Assembly (NCBI GenBank): GCA_031409335.1
Contig: JANNWY010000198.1
Coordinates: 1-64,000 of the forward strand
DNA from: Chthoniobacteraceae bacterium
Lineage (GTDB): Bacteria > Verrucomicrobiota > Verrucomicrobiia > Chthoniobacterales > Chthoniobacteraceae
Reading direction: 5' to 3'
DNA: 64,000 nt
Shown: piece after piece, positions 26,345 through 36,400 of the stretch
Position numbering within the stretch: the first letter of the stretch is position 1
Layout: every line of letters starts with the position of its first letter
Program-made: the position numbers and the translations under genes
Notes under the pieces: model-generated
Database searches by the model: none
Seen by the model: only the letters and a program-made list of their open reading frames with translations
What the model was told of the DNA's origin: nothing

Positions 26345-26571
26345 TTCGCGAACACGACTGCATCGTTCTCACCAGCAACTTGCCGGATTACGGCTTGCAA
26401 GCGGGTGACGTTGGAACTGTCGTTCACATCCACGGCGAAGGAGTGGCTTACGAAGTCGAGTTCATGACGCTGACTGGACAAACCGTCGCGGTGACGACCG
26501 TGGAGGCTTCCCAGTGCCGCTCGGTGAATGTGCGCGACATCAGTCATGTGCGCGAACTCGTGACGGCCTGA
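26341..26571 (+). CDS. DUF4926 domain protein
   Basis: MIREHDCIVLTSNLPDYGLQAGDVGTVVHIH..AYEVEF..G.TVAV signature. Confidence 0.85.
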   Translation: MIREHDCIVLTSNLPDYGLQAGDVGTVVHIHGEGVAYEVEFMTLTGQTVAVTTVEASQCRSVNVRDISHVRELVTA

Positions 26572-26574
26572 AGT

Positions 26575-27456
26575 TCAGTATTCCCGCGCCAGCAGCGAGT
26601 CCGCGATCCCGCGCAGGATTGCGCCGTGTTTCCCAAATGGCTGGATCGCCGCGTGCGCTGCGTGGGTGAGGCGGTGGGCTTCTGCGCGGGATTTTTCGAG
26701 GCCGTGAATCGCGGGGTAAGTGGCCTTCGTCGCCTTCACGTCCTTGCCCGCGGTCTTGCCGAGTTTTTCGGTCGTTTGCGTGACATCGAGGATGTCGTCG
26801 ATCACTTGAAACGCGCGGCCGAGCGCCTGGCCGAAGTCGGTGAGATTTTGCAACTGCCGCGGTGTCGCGTTTGCGCTCATCGCGCCGAGGCGCAGGCTCG
26901 CGGTGAGCAGCGCGGCGGTCTTGCAGCGATGGATGTATTTCAAATCCGCGCCGGTCAGCGCGCGGCCTTCGCCCTCGAGATCGGCGACTTGTCCGCCGAT
27001 CAGCCATTTGCTGCCGGACGCGTGTGCGAGTTCGCCCACGAGCGCGGCGGTTCCGTAGCGCGGCGTCGGCTTCGCTTTTGCGAGGATTTCAAATGCGATC
27101 GTGAGCAAGCCGTCGCCCGCGAGTACGGCCACGCCTTCGCCGAACACTTTGTGCGATGTCGGTCGGCCACGCCGCAGATCGTCGTCGTCCATGCACGGCA
27201 GATCATCGTGGATGAGCGAATAGGTATGGATGCATTCCGCCGCGCAAGCCGCCGGGAGCGCCGCGGCCGTGGCGCCGCCGCATGCCTCGGCGGCGGCAAT
27301 CGCGAGCACGGGGCGGATGCGTTTTCCACCGGCAAAAATGCTGTAGCGCATCGCCTTGTGAATCGTCGCGGGCTTCACCGTCGCGCGGGGCAGGAAGCCG
27401 TCGAGCGACTTGTCAATGAGTGTCAGCCTTGCGCGAAAGTATTCCTGGAGAACCAT
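26575..27456 (-). CDS. ispA: Polyprenyl (farnesyl/geranylgeranyl) diphosphate synthase
   Basis: GGKRIRP, SLIHDDLPCMDDDDLRRG, FQVIDDILD and GKD..KATYP; start taken at ATG 27456. Confidence 0.9.
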   Translation of the reverse strand: MVLQEYFRARLTLIDKSLDGFLPRATVKPATIHKAMRYSIFAGGKRIRPVLAIAAAEACGGATAAALPAACAAECIHTYSLIHDDLPCMDDDDLRRGRPTSHKVFGEGVAVLAGDGLLTIAFEILAKAKPTPRYGTAALVGELAHASGSKWLIGGQVADLEGEGRALTGADLKYIHRCKTAALLTASLRLGAMSANATPRQLQNLTDFGQALGRAFQVIDDILDVTQTTEKLGKTAGKDVKATKATYPAIHGLEKSRAEAHRLTHAAHAAIQPFGKHGAILRGIADSLLAREY

Positions 27457-27574
27457 GCGCGCGCACTCTGCCGCGAAAAATTTCTTTCTGACAATCGGAA
27501 ACCCGTCCAAGAAGCGGCTGGCGAAACAGTTGTCGCCTTTGCATCCGCTCGGATAGAAACAGCCAATCCTTTCC

Positions 27575-28408
27575 ATGAAAACTGCCCTGCTCCAAATCGT
27601 CGCCCTCCTCGCCACAGCCGCCGCATTCGCCGCCGATCCCGCGCCCGATGCGGGTCCGCCGCCGACCGAGGCCGAGACGAAAGCGGTCGCCGAACTCGCG
27701 AAACTCGGCATCGACGCCAGCCCGATCGCGGCCAACATCAATTGGCGCTCGGCCACGATCCGCGCGGCAGGCGCAAAACCCGACGCGAAAGCGTTTCCGC
27801 TGCTCAAGGACGTGGCGAATCTCCAGGAACTAAATCTTGCCGGCGTGCTGATCGAAGATGGCGACCTCGCCCAAATCGCCGGACTCACGAATCTGCGTGT
27901 GCTGCATCTCGAAAAAACGCCGACGACCGACGCGATGCTCGCGCGCTTAAAGGGATTCAAAAATCTCAAGTATCTCAACATCTACGGCACGCAGGTCACC
28001 GATGCGGGACTGGCGAATTTGAGCGGGCTCGCGAATCTCGCTTCGCTGTACGTTTTTGAAACGAAGGTGACCGACGCCGGCATCGCCGCGCTGAAACAAG
28101 CGGTGCCGAAAGTGAACGTCGTCAAAGGCTGGACTGCCGAGGACATCGCGAAACTCACCGCCAAGGCAGAGGAGAAAAAACCGATGCCCGCGCCGGACAA
28201 CAAAGCGGCGGAAGCGGAAATGGCGGAGGCGCAAAAGAAGCTCGACGGGCTGAACGCCGAAATCACCAAACGCCGCGAAGCCCGCGCGAAAACGACTCAA
28301 GGCACGCCGGAATACGACGCGGCGAACAAGCTGGTGCAGGACATCAAGGTGGACATCGAGAAAGCCACGGCGGCGGTCGAGACGGTGAAAGCGAAGATCA
28401 AGAAATAG
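27575..28408 (+). CDS. Exported leucine-rich-repeat protein with a C-terminal coiled coil
   Basis: Signal peptide; repeated NLxxLxLxxTxVTDAG units; helical Lys/Ala/Glu tail. Confidence 0.8.
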   Translation: MKTALLQIVALLATAAAFAADPAPDAGPPPTEAETKAVAELAKLGIDASPIAANINWRSATIRAAGAKPDAKAFPLLKDVANLQELNLAGVLIEDGDLAQIAGLTNLRVLHLEKTPTTDAMLARLKGFKNLKYLNIYGTQVTDAGLANLSGLANLASLYVFETKVTDAGIAALKQAVPKVNVVKGWTAEDIAKLTAKAEEKKPMPAPDNKAAEAEMAEAQKKLDGLNAEITKRREARAKTTQGTPEYDAANKLVQDIKVDIEKATAAVETVKAKIKK

Positions 28409-28455
28409 GCGGAACTTCGCCGAAACGGCGGAGTTCGATCGCGGACCTAAATCCC

Positions 28456-29820
28456 ATGAGACGAATCCTATTCCCCGCCCTCGCGGTCGCGGCGGGCCTC
28501 ATAAACGCAAACGCGCTCGACGCTGAAGTCGCACTCCGAAGCTGGCCGCAGTGGCGCGGTCCCGCTTTCAATGGCACCGCCCCGCAGGGCTCCGCGCCGA
28601 CGACCTGGAGCGAGACGGAGAATGTGAAATGGAAGTTTAAGATTCCCGGCAAAGGTTCGGCGTCGCCGATCGTTTGGGAGGATCAGGTCTTCATCCTCAC
28701 CGCGATCGAGAGCGCAAAACCTGACGCAGCGCAGGCAACGCCGCCTCCCGCAGTCGAGCCTCCGCCTGCGGGCGATCAGCCTCGCCGCGGCGGTGGTGGC
28801 GGTCGCTCGGAAAAGCCGACGACGCCCGTGCAATTCGTCATCATTTCCCTCGACCGCAAGACCGGGAAGCCGCTCTGGCAAAAGACGGCGCGGGAGCAGG
28901 TGCCGCACGAGGGACATCATCGCGATCACGGTTTCGCGTCCGGTTCGCCAGTGACCGATGGCGAACACGTCTTCGCGCACTTCGGTTCGTTCGGCCTTTT
29001 TTGTTACGACATGAAAGGCAATCTCGTGTGGGAGAAAGATCTCGGCGATATGCAGACGCGCAATTCATTTGGCGAAGGGACTTCCCCCGCGCTGCACGGC
29101 AGCACGATCGTCGTGAATTGGGATCACGAGGGCGAAGATTTCATCGTCGCGCTCGACAAGAAAACCGGGAAGGAAATCTGGCGACAGAAGCGCGATGAGC
29201 CGACCACCTGGTCCACGCCGCTCGTCGTCGAGCACGGCGGGAAAGCGCAAGTGGTCGTCGCCGCCACGAACAAGATTCGCAGCTACGATCTCGCCACCGG
29301 CGCGCCGATTTGGGAATGCGGCGGCATGACCTTGAACGTCGTCCCCACGCCGATCGCAGAAGGCGGACGGCTCTACGCGATTAGCGGCTTCCGCGGAGCC
29401 GCGCTGCTCGCCATCCAGCTCGGGCGCACCGGCGATCTCACGGGCACCGATGCCATCGCGTGGCAGCATGGAAAGGCGACGCCGTACGTGCCATCACCGC
29501 TGCTCGTGAATGGGCGGCTCTGTTTCTACTCGGGAAACACTGGCATCCTTTCCTGCTTCGACGCCGCGACCGGCAAGCCGCTCATCGAAGCCCAACGGAT
29601 CGAAGCACTGCTCGGCGGAGTTTATGCCTCGCCCGTCAGCGCCGATGGCCGCATTTACCTCGTCGGCCGCGATGGAAAAACCGTCGTCATCAAGCAGGCG
29701 GACAAGATCGAAATCCTCGCGACCAACAAGCTCGACGACCGCATCGACGCCTCACCCGCGATCGTCGGGAAGAACATTTTTCTGCGCGGACACCAGTCGC
29801 TCTACTGCATCGGCGAGTAG
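28456..29820 (+). CDS. PQQ-binding-like beta-propeller repeat protein
   Basis: Signal peptide, WPQWRGP, repeated ALDKKTGKEIW blades, YVPSP and ASPV motifs. Confidence 0.88.
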   Translation: MRRILFPALAVAAGLINANALDAEVALRSWPQWRGPAFNGTAPQGSAPTTWSETENVKWKFKIPGKGSASPIVWEDQVFILTAIESAKPDAAQATPPPAVEPPPAGDQPRRGGGGGRSEKPTTPVQFVIISLDRKTGKPLWQKTAREQVPHEGHHRDHGFASGSPVTDGEHVFAHFGSFGLFCYDMKGNLVWEKDLGDMQTRNSFGEGTSPALHGSTIVVNWDHEGEDFIVALDKKTGKEIWRQKRDEPTTWSTPLVVEHGGKAQVVVAATNKIRSYDLATGAPIWECGGMTLNVVPTPIAEGGRLYAISGFRGAALLAIQLGRTGDLTGTDAIAWQHGKATPYVPSPLLVNGRLCFYSGNTGILSCFDAATGKPLIEAQRIEALLGGVYASPVSADGRIYLVGRDGKTVVIKQADKIEILATNKLDDRIDASPAIVGKNIFLRGHQSLYCIGE

Positions 29821-29848
29821 ATCGGCGGCGCACCCGATCGCCGCGACG

Positions 29849-31534
29849 CTACGTGTATTTCAGCACTTCCTCGATCGAAGTGTCGCCATCGTAAATCGAC
29901 CGCAATCCGTCCTGCCGCAGCGTCGTCATGCCGAGTTCGATCGCCTTTTGCTTCAGCACCACGCCGGGGGCGCGCTGGTTGATCATTTCGCGGATCGGAT
30001 CGGTGACGTTGAGCAATTCGTAAATGCCCTTGCGCCCCTTGTAGCCGGTGTTGTTGCACACGTCGCAGCCCTTTCCGTAGTAGAAACGTTTGTCACCGAT
30101 TTCGTGCGGTGAAAGCCCCAACTGGCTGAGCACGATCTCGGTCGGCTCGTATTCGGTTTTGCAGTTCTTGCAAATCTTGCGGATCAGGCGCTGGCCGAGC
30201 ACGCCTTCGAGCGAGGCCGAAATCAGGAACGGCTCCACGCCCATATCCATGAGTCGCGTCACCGCGCCCGGCGCGTCATTCGTGTGCAGCGTGCTCAGCA
30301 CCAGATGCCCCGTGAGCGATGCCTGGATGGCGATCTGCGCGGTCTCAAGGTCGCGCGTTTCCCCGACCATGATGCGGTCCGGGTCCTGACGCAGAAACGC
30401 GCGGAGCACGCGCGCGAAGGTGAGGCCGATGTTGTCGTTCACCGGCACCTGCACGATGCCTTCCATGTCGTATTCCACCGGGTCCTCGGCGGTCAGCACT
30501 TTGGTGTCGATCGTGTTGATGCGATTCAGCGCGGCGTAAAGCGTGGTCGTTTTCCCGGAGCCCGTCGGGCCGGTGACGATGAAGATGCCGTTCGGCAGCT
30601 CGATCGTTTTGCAGATGTAATCGTAAATGTCCTTCGGCATCCCGAGCACTTCGAGATCGAGATTCACCGCCGAGCGATCGAGCACGCGCAGCACGACCGA
30701 TTCGCCGTATTGCGTGGGCAGTGTGGAAACGCGGAGATCGACCTGGCGGCCGCCGACGTTCAACTGAATGCGTCCGTCCTGCGGCAGACGCCGCTCGGCG
30801 ATGTTCAGGTTCGCCATCACTTTCAGACGCGACAGCACCGGCATCGCGAGATGGCGTGGAGGCGGCGACATTTCGTAAAGCGCGCCATCGACCCGGTAGC
30901 GAATCTTAAACTCCGTCTCGAACGGCTCGAAATGGATATCCGACGCGCGATCCTGGATCGCCTGATAAATGATGAGATCGACGTAGCGAATGATCGGCGT
31001 CGAATTCGCCTCGGCCTCCAGATTCTTGAGATCGATTTGGGAATCCGGCCCGCCAAATTCCATGTCCCCGCCGAGCTGCGCGAGGATGTCATCCATGCTG
31101 CCCATGTCGGTGCCGTAGTGCTTTTTGATCAGCTCCTCAATCTGCCAGATCGGCGCGACACAGACCTGGATTTCCTTGCCGAGCGCGAACCGCAAATCCT
31201 CCGCCGTCTGCGAATTCAGCGGATCGCACAGCGCGACCTGCACCGCCCCTTCATCGATCCCGATCGGGAATGCCTTGTGCAATTGCGCGAGCCCGGCGGG
31301 CACGAGGCGCTGGATTTCCACCGGCGGCTCAAATCCCAGCAAGCTCACCAGCGGCACGCCGAGCGAGTCCGCGATCGTCTGGAAAAACTGCTCCTCAGTC
31401 ACAAAGCCGTAATCGATCATCACCTGCACGAGCGATTTCCCCGACTGTTGGATCTCTCCTTCGATTTCATCGACCTGGCCGTGTTCGACGATTCCTTGCT
31501 CGATGAAAACTTCGAGGACTTGTTTGACGTTCAT
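29849..31534 (-). CDS. GspE/PilB family secretion/pilus assembly ATPase
   Basis: ASDIHFEP, ERRLPQDG, Walker A GPTGSGKTT, LRQDPD, STLHTNDA and tetracysteine motif. Confidence 0.93.
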   Translation of the reverse strand: MNVKQVLEVFIEQGIVEHGQVDEIEGEIQQSGKSLVQVMIDYGFVTEEQFFQTIADSLGVPLVSLLGFEPPVEIQRLVPAGLAQLHKAFPIGIDEGAVQVALCDPLNSQTAEDLRFALGKEIQVCVAPIWQIEELIKKHYGTDMGSMDDILAQLGGDMEFGGPDSQIDLKNLEAEANSTPIIRYVDLIIYQAIQDRASDIHFEPFETEFKIRYRVDGALYEMSPPPRHLAMPVLSRLKVMANLNIAERRLPQDGRIQLNVGGRQVDLRVSTLPTQYGESVVLRVLDRSAVNLDLEVLGMPKDIYDYICKTIELPNGIFIVTGPTGSGKTTTLYAALNRINTIDTKVLTAEDPVEYDMEGIVQVPVNDNIGLTFARVLRAFLRQDPDRIMVGETRDLETAQIAIQASLTGHLVLSTLHTNDAPGAVTRLMDMGVEPFLISASLEGVLGQRLIRKICKNCKTEYEPTEIVLSQLGLSPHEIGDKRFYYGKGCDVCNNTGYKGRKGIYELLNVTDPIREMINQRAPGVVLKQKAIELGMTTLRQDGLRSIYDGDTSIEEVLKYT

Positions 31535-32047
31535 GGGAGCGGGGAGTGTGGGGAGTTCAAAGCGAACATGCCAACCGCTATCGCCAGAGAGCCCGGCGCA
31601 CGCAAGCACAAAGGCGCGCCGACGAAGATTGATCGCGAAAAATGATTCTCGATTTCATCGAAAAGGTGGCGCGCGTGATGCACAAGGACTTGGTGAAATA
31701 TCACCGAAGCCGCGATCGTCGGATTGCGGTTGATTCGCTGGAATTCATTCACGCCGACCTCGCGCGAAGGAGTTCAGCGGCGGCGGGGAGAAAGTGCTCT
31801 GCGACCTCACCGCTTTCCCCTACCGGCAAAATTGGATTGCGTCGCCTCGCCATCATTCACGGTCCAAGCGAGCAGCGGAGTAGGTTCTCAAGTTGGGTTC
31901 ACGGGCAAGGATTGACAGGCTCGGATTCAAAATTGCCTCGGTCTGAGTTATTGCCGCACGGTGGGTGCTCAAGATCGCCGCCAGCGCGTGACTCTGGATT
32001 TACCAGAATCTAGTGCGCAGCAGTGTATCTGCGGATGTGCCTGTGTC

Positions 32048-32075
32048 TTGCCGGCCCCGTGGCGGCTGCTACATT
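32048..32075 (+). promoter_or_regulatory. Candidate promoter (leaderless type) for the 32083-32578 gene pair
   Basis: TTGCCG-N16-TACATT, 7 nt upstream of ATG 32083. Confidence 0.5.
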
Positions 32076-32082
32076 CTGGCCC

Positions 32083-32340
32083 ATGAGCATCACCGGCATC
32101 GTCGAGAATGACACCATCAAGCTGCCGCCGGGCATGCATGTCCCCGATGGGACGAAAGCGGAAATCATCCTGCCCGGAGAGGAACTGGCCGGTGTGCCCG
32201 AAAGAACGACTGGGCGGCAGTGGTCGCCGGAAGAATTGGGTGCGGCTGCTGAACGAATGGTGACCGAAAAAGATCCGGTGCAGGCGCAAGCGCAATGGAA
32301 ACAGATCGTCGCAGGTTTTTACGGCGACGCGGATGCCTAA
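32083..32340 (+). CDS. Small putative antitoxin (AF2212/DUF104-like N-terminus)
   Basis: MSITGIVENDTIKLPPGMHVPDGTKAEI beta-hairpin pattern; 85 aa; overlaps the next ORF by 8 nt. Confidence 0.65.
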   Translation: MSITGIVENDTIKLPPGMHVPDGTKAEIILPGEELAGVPERTTGRQWSPEELGAAAERMVTEKDPVQAQAQWKQIVAGFYGDADA

Positions 32341-32578
32341 GGTCCGCCGCCACGGAGTGCCGCGGGCCGTGCTCGATCATCTTGGCGCGCGCGTGTTGGA
32401 ACGGGAGATTGGGCCAGATCAACTCACCCTCTTGGCAAGATGGTTGAATGGTGAACCGGAGGTGCCCGCCAGCCCGTGGTTCAAGCGATTTCCGGGAATG
32501 ATCGTGTGCGGCGAAGGAGAACTGGTGAAGACATTTCTCCGCCTCGGGCAGGTACCGTCAGGACAGGAGGTCCAGTAG
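32333..32578 (+). CDS. Small hypothetical protein, putative toxin
   Basis: 81 aa, ending WFKRFPGMIVCGEGELVKTFL; coupled to the upstream antitoxin-like gene. Confidence 0.6.
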   Translation: MPKVRRHGVPRAVLDHLGARVLEREIGPDQLTLLARWLNGEPEVPASPWFKRFPGMIVCGEGELVKTFLRLGQVPSGQEVQ

Positions 32579-32657
32579 AATCTCTGCCACGGCGCACTTC
32601 GTTGAAGCTGCCCGTGGCAGCAACGCTTTACACCGTGGAGAGCAAGACTGCCTAGCC

Positions 32658-32682
32658 GCGGATGCAGCTTTTCATCCGCTAC
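32658..32682 (-). repeat. Single GTAG-type REP-like hairpin
   Basis: Minus strand reads GTAGCGGATGAAAAGCTGCATCCGC. Confidence 0.4.
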
Positions 32683-32732
32683 GCGCACCTGCACGAGAAA
32701 GCGCTGATCCCTTTCCGCCCGCCTCGGGCCGC

Positions 32733-33209
32733 TTAACGTTTCCGCAGCTTGCGGTTGCCGATGATTTGCAGCGCGGCGGAGGGATCCTGGGCTTTGGAGG
32801 TGACTTGGTCGAGGCTGATGAAGCCGGCGAGGTAAAGATCGGCCAGCGACGTTTCCAGCGAGACCGTTCCGTATTTCGATCCGGTCAGGATGTCGTTTGG
32901 AATTCGGAAGGTTTTGTTGTCGCGGATGAGCGCCGCGATCGACGGCGTGTTGATCATGATCTCGAATGCCGCGACGCGCCCGTTCCCATCGGCGCGCGGG
33001 ATGAGCAGTTGCGAGATGACCGCCTTGAGATTGGTGGAAAGCTGGGTGCGGATCATCTCCTGTTTGTCGGAGGGAAACGCGTCGATCACGCGATCGACCG
33101 TGCGCGCCGCGCCGGTCGTGTGCCGCGTGGAAAAAACGAGGTGGCCCGTCTCCGAAGCCGTGATCGCCGTCTCCATCGTCTCGAGATCGCGCATTTTGCC
33201 GACGAGGAC
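32733..33209 (-). pseudogene. pilT: C-terminal fragment of the type IV pilus retraction ATPase PilT
   Basis: Homology starts at [11 protein letters not shown] (normally LVGEMRD) and includes [11 protein letters not shown] (normally STLHT) and RVAAFEIM. No Walker A; upstream sequence is unrelated. Confidence 0.8.
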
Positions 33210-33415
33210 TGGAGCCTTTCTGTCGGTAAACACTGACGCGAAAACGATTTTCGCCGAGGCACGTGAAACCGCCAGGCGCGCGGGGATATTGACAGCGATA
33301 TTCGCCGGGAACGCGAACTCCGAGCCGTTCGGACATCCGATTTTTTCCCGTCCGCTTTTTTTGGAAAAATGTCGTAACAATTGCGGGCGCTTGTCTCAGG
33401 GAGCGGGCAGACACC

Positions 33416-36400
33416 ATGAACACCTCCACTCCAAACACCTGCCAGAAATGCGGCAAACCCATCATGGACGGCTCGCCGCGCGGACTTTGCCCGATGTGCC
33501 TGATCAGCGCCGTCGCGAAATCGGACGAGCCGGTTCCGACGAATGCGCCGTCGCCGGAACTCGATGACCTCCGCCCGGCGTTCCCGCAATTGGAAATCCT
33601 CGAAACGCTGGGTGCCGGTGGGATGGGCCGCGTCTATAAGGTCCGCCAGCCGAATCTCGATCGCATCGTCGCGCTGAAGTTGCTGCCGCCCGCCTACGCC
33701 GCCGATCCCGAGTGGATCGAGCGTTTCACCCGCGAAGCCCGCGCGCTCGCCCGACTCAATCACCCGAACATCGTGCAGGTCTATGATTTCGGCGAAACCG
33801 CGCCGAACGAAACGGGCGAGCGCTTCCCGTTTCTGCTCATGGAATTCGTCGATGGCGTAAATCTCCGCCAGGCGCTGCGCACCGGCGCGCTCACGGCCCG
33901 CGAGGCGCTGACCATCGTGCCGTCCGTCTGCGCCGCGCTGCAATACGCGCACGATCAGGGCGTCCTGCACCGCGACATCAAGCCCGAGAACATCCTACTC
34001 GACACGCAGGGCCGCGTGAAAATCGCCGACTTTGGCCTCGCGAAACTCGGCGGCGACAGCGCCCCCGGCCTCACGCTGACCGGCACCGGCGCGCAACTCG
34101 GCACCGCCGCCTACATGGCTCCCGAGCAAATCGAAAAGCCGCACGACGTCGATCATCGCGCCGACATCTATTCACTCGGCGTGGTCTTCTACGAACTCCT
34201 CACTGGTGAACTCCCGCTCGGCCGTTTCCCCGCGCCGAGCGAAAAAGCCGGCACCGATCCGCGCCTCGACACGATCGTTTTTCGCACGCTGGAAAAGGAG
34301 CGCGACCGGCGTTTCCAGACTGCCACGGATATGCGGACGGAGGTCGAAAACGTCGCGAATCATCCCGCGCCGGAGCCAACGCCCGCGCCGAAATACGGTC
34401 CCGACGAGTGGATGGTCCGCTGCGCGAGTTGTGGGCGTACCGGTGCGCTGGCGGCGGTCGGCGGCGTCCGCATCGGCGCGGCATCCATCGGCAAGCGCAC
34501 GATCATTCGCTGCTCGCAATGCGGCGGCCTGCGCGAGGGTATCATCGCGAAACTGCGCGATCTGCCGCCCGACACCGTGCCCGTCGCGCCCGTCACACCA
34601 GCAGCGTCGAAGTCTGCGCAAGGTCGCAAGCGCGCGCTCATCGGCGCGTGGCTGCATCTCGTCCCGCTCATTCTCGGCATTTGTTTTCTGCCGTTGTGGT
34701 TCGATATGGCGGCGGCGATCGTGAACATGCGTGTGACGGACACGATGTTGTTCGAGGAAATCTTCCCGCGTTTCGGTGCAAGGCTCGCCGCATTCATCAT
34801 CCCGTCTGCCCTCGCGCTCGTCGCAGGAGATGTCCTCACTCTGGTGGCGTTGCTCGGCGACCGATTCCGCGCGCGCTGGTTTTTCTGGTGGAACATTCTC
34901 CATTGGACCGCGCTGTCATTCCTGTTCGTCGGAATCCTGCCGCTCATCTATGTGCTCGCGAAATGGCGCGAATTTTTCCCGCGCCTTGCCACGGCAACGC
35001 AGTCCGAAGTGTCGTCGAGTCCGATCCCGGCAGCGTCCGCGCGCAATCCCTGGCCTCGCCGGGTTTTCCTGCTGATCGCTGCGCTGGTGATCGTGCCTGC
35101 CGGACTCATCGGTGTCGGCTTGATCATGCCGTACCTTGCGCTGCAGGCTCCGCGCGGCATGCTCACGGCCAGACCGACGGCGGATGTCGTGACTGCGGAG
35201 CACGCGCCTTTCATCGGCAGGTTACCCGAAGGCTCGATCGAGCTGGTCGCAATATCGCATCACCCGGCGATTGGCGAGCCGTCGTGGAAGATGGATGGCT
35301 CGCCTGCCACAGTCGCTGCGGTCTCCAACCCCGTCGCGGAGATCGCAGCGAAATCAGGTGAGCGCGCGTTCGTGTTCCTTTTCCACGTGAACAATCTCCC
35401 GGAGGGCACTCGCTTGCTCGAAACGGAGGTCGCCAATTCGGAGGGATGGTCGTGCGACACCCAGCGCAATCTTGAAGCCGGCGCGGACAAGCGGATCAAC
35501 CGCAACATCGGTCTCACGGCGAGGCTGCCCGCCAAGTCGAGCACCGCGGACATTCGTGTTGGTTTCGGGTTCGGGGAATGGGAGACGATCTTTGACTCCG
35601 GGTCACAAAGCGTTGGTGGCTCCAGCCCGTTACACGAGGGCGTCCGCTGGAAGCTTGGCTGGTCGGCGGCGATTGAGACCAAGGACGGCGAGATCATTTC
35701 CAACTGGAATGTGAAGCCGAACCGCGATTGGGAATCCCGCGTCGTCGCCGTGAAGAACAACGGGGAGATCGTCGCCACGAACAATCGCACGACGGGCCAG
35801 GATCAGACTGAATGGCGATTCTCGAGTGTGCCCATGCACGAATTGAAGACCTTCTACTTCCAAGTGCGCCGCGTGCAGTGGGTGGAATTCCGCGGCATCA
35901 AACTCGCGCCTTCGGGCGCGGTGGCGAAAAGCACCGCGACAGCCGCAGATTTCGATCTGCACCAGAACATGACCGAAAAGAGCGAGGACTCGATCGAGGC
36001 GCAATGGCTGGCCGGCAGTGACTCGCCCGGGTGGGTTACGGCGCGGTTTGGGGAGTTTGAGCAATCGACGCAGATGCGGCGCGGCACGGACGGGCGCTAC
36101 AAGGCGCAAGTCCACGCACGGCTCACGCTCTCGCGCACACCCGGTTGGGCGCGACTCGAACTCACCACCGACGACGGCACGGGGCAGAAGGCGAAGGACG
36201 ACATCAATTTCGAAGAGCCGTCCCGAGGATGGTTTGCGAAAGTATTCGCCGACACTGCGAAGGACGGCCTGCACAAGCGAGGCACGATCCCGCTGCTTCA
36301 GATCGGAACGGAACCCGTGACCCTCACTGTCTCAAACGATCATCCGGCACCGACACGCCCGAGCTTCGCAGCTTTCGCGCTCACGGAAGTGTATTGCGTG

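Noticed and set aside
31912..31940. Perfect TTGACA -35 hexamer
   Set aside because: No -10-like hexamer at 16-18 bp spacing.
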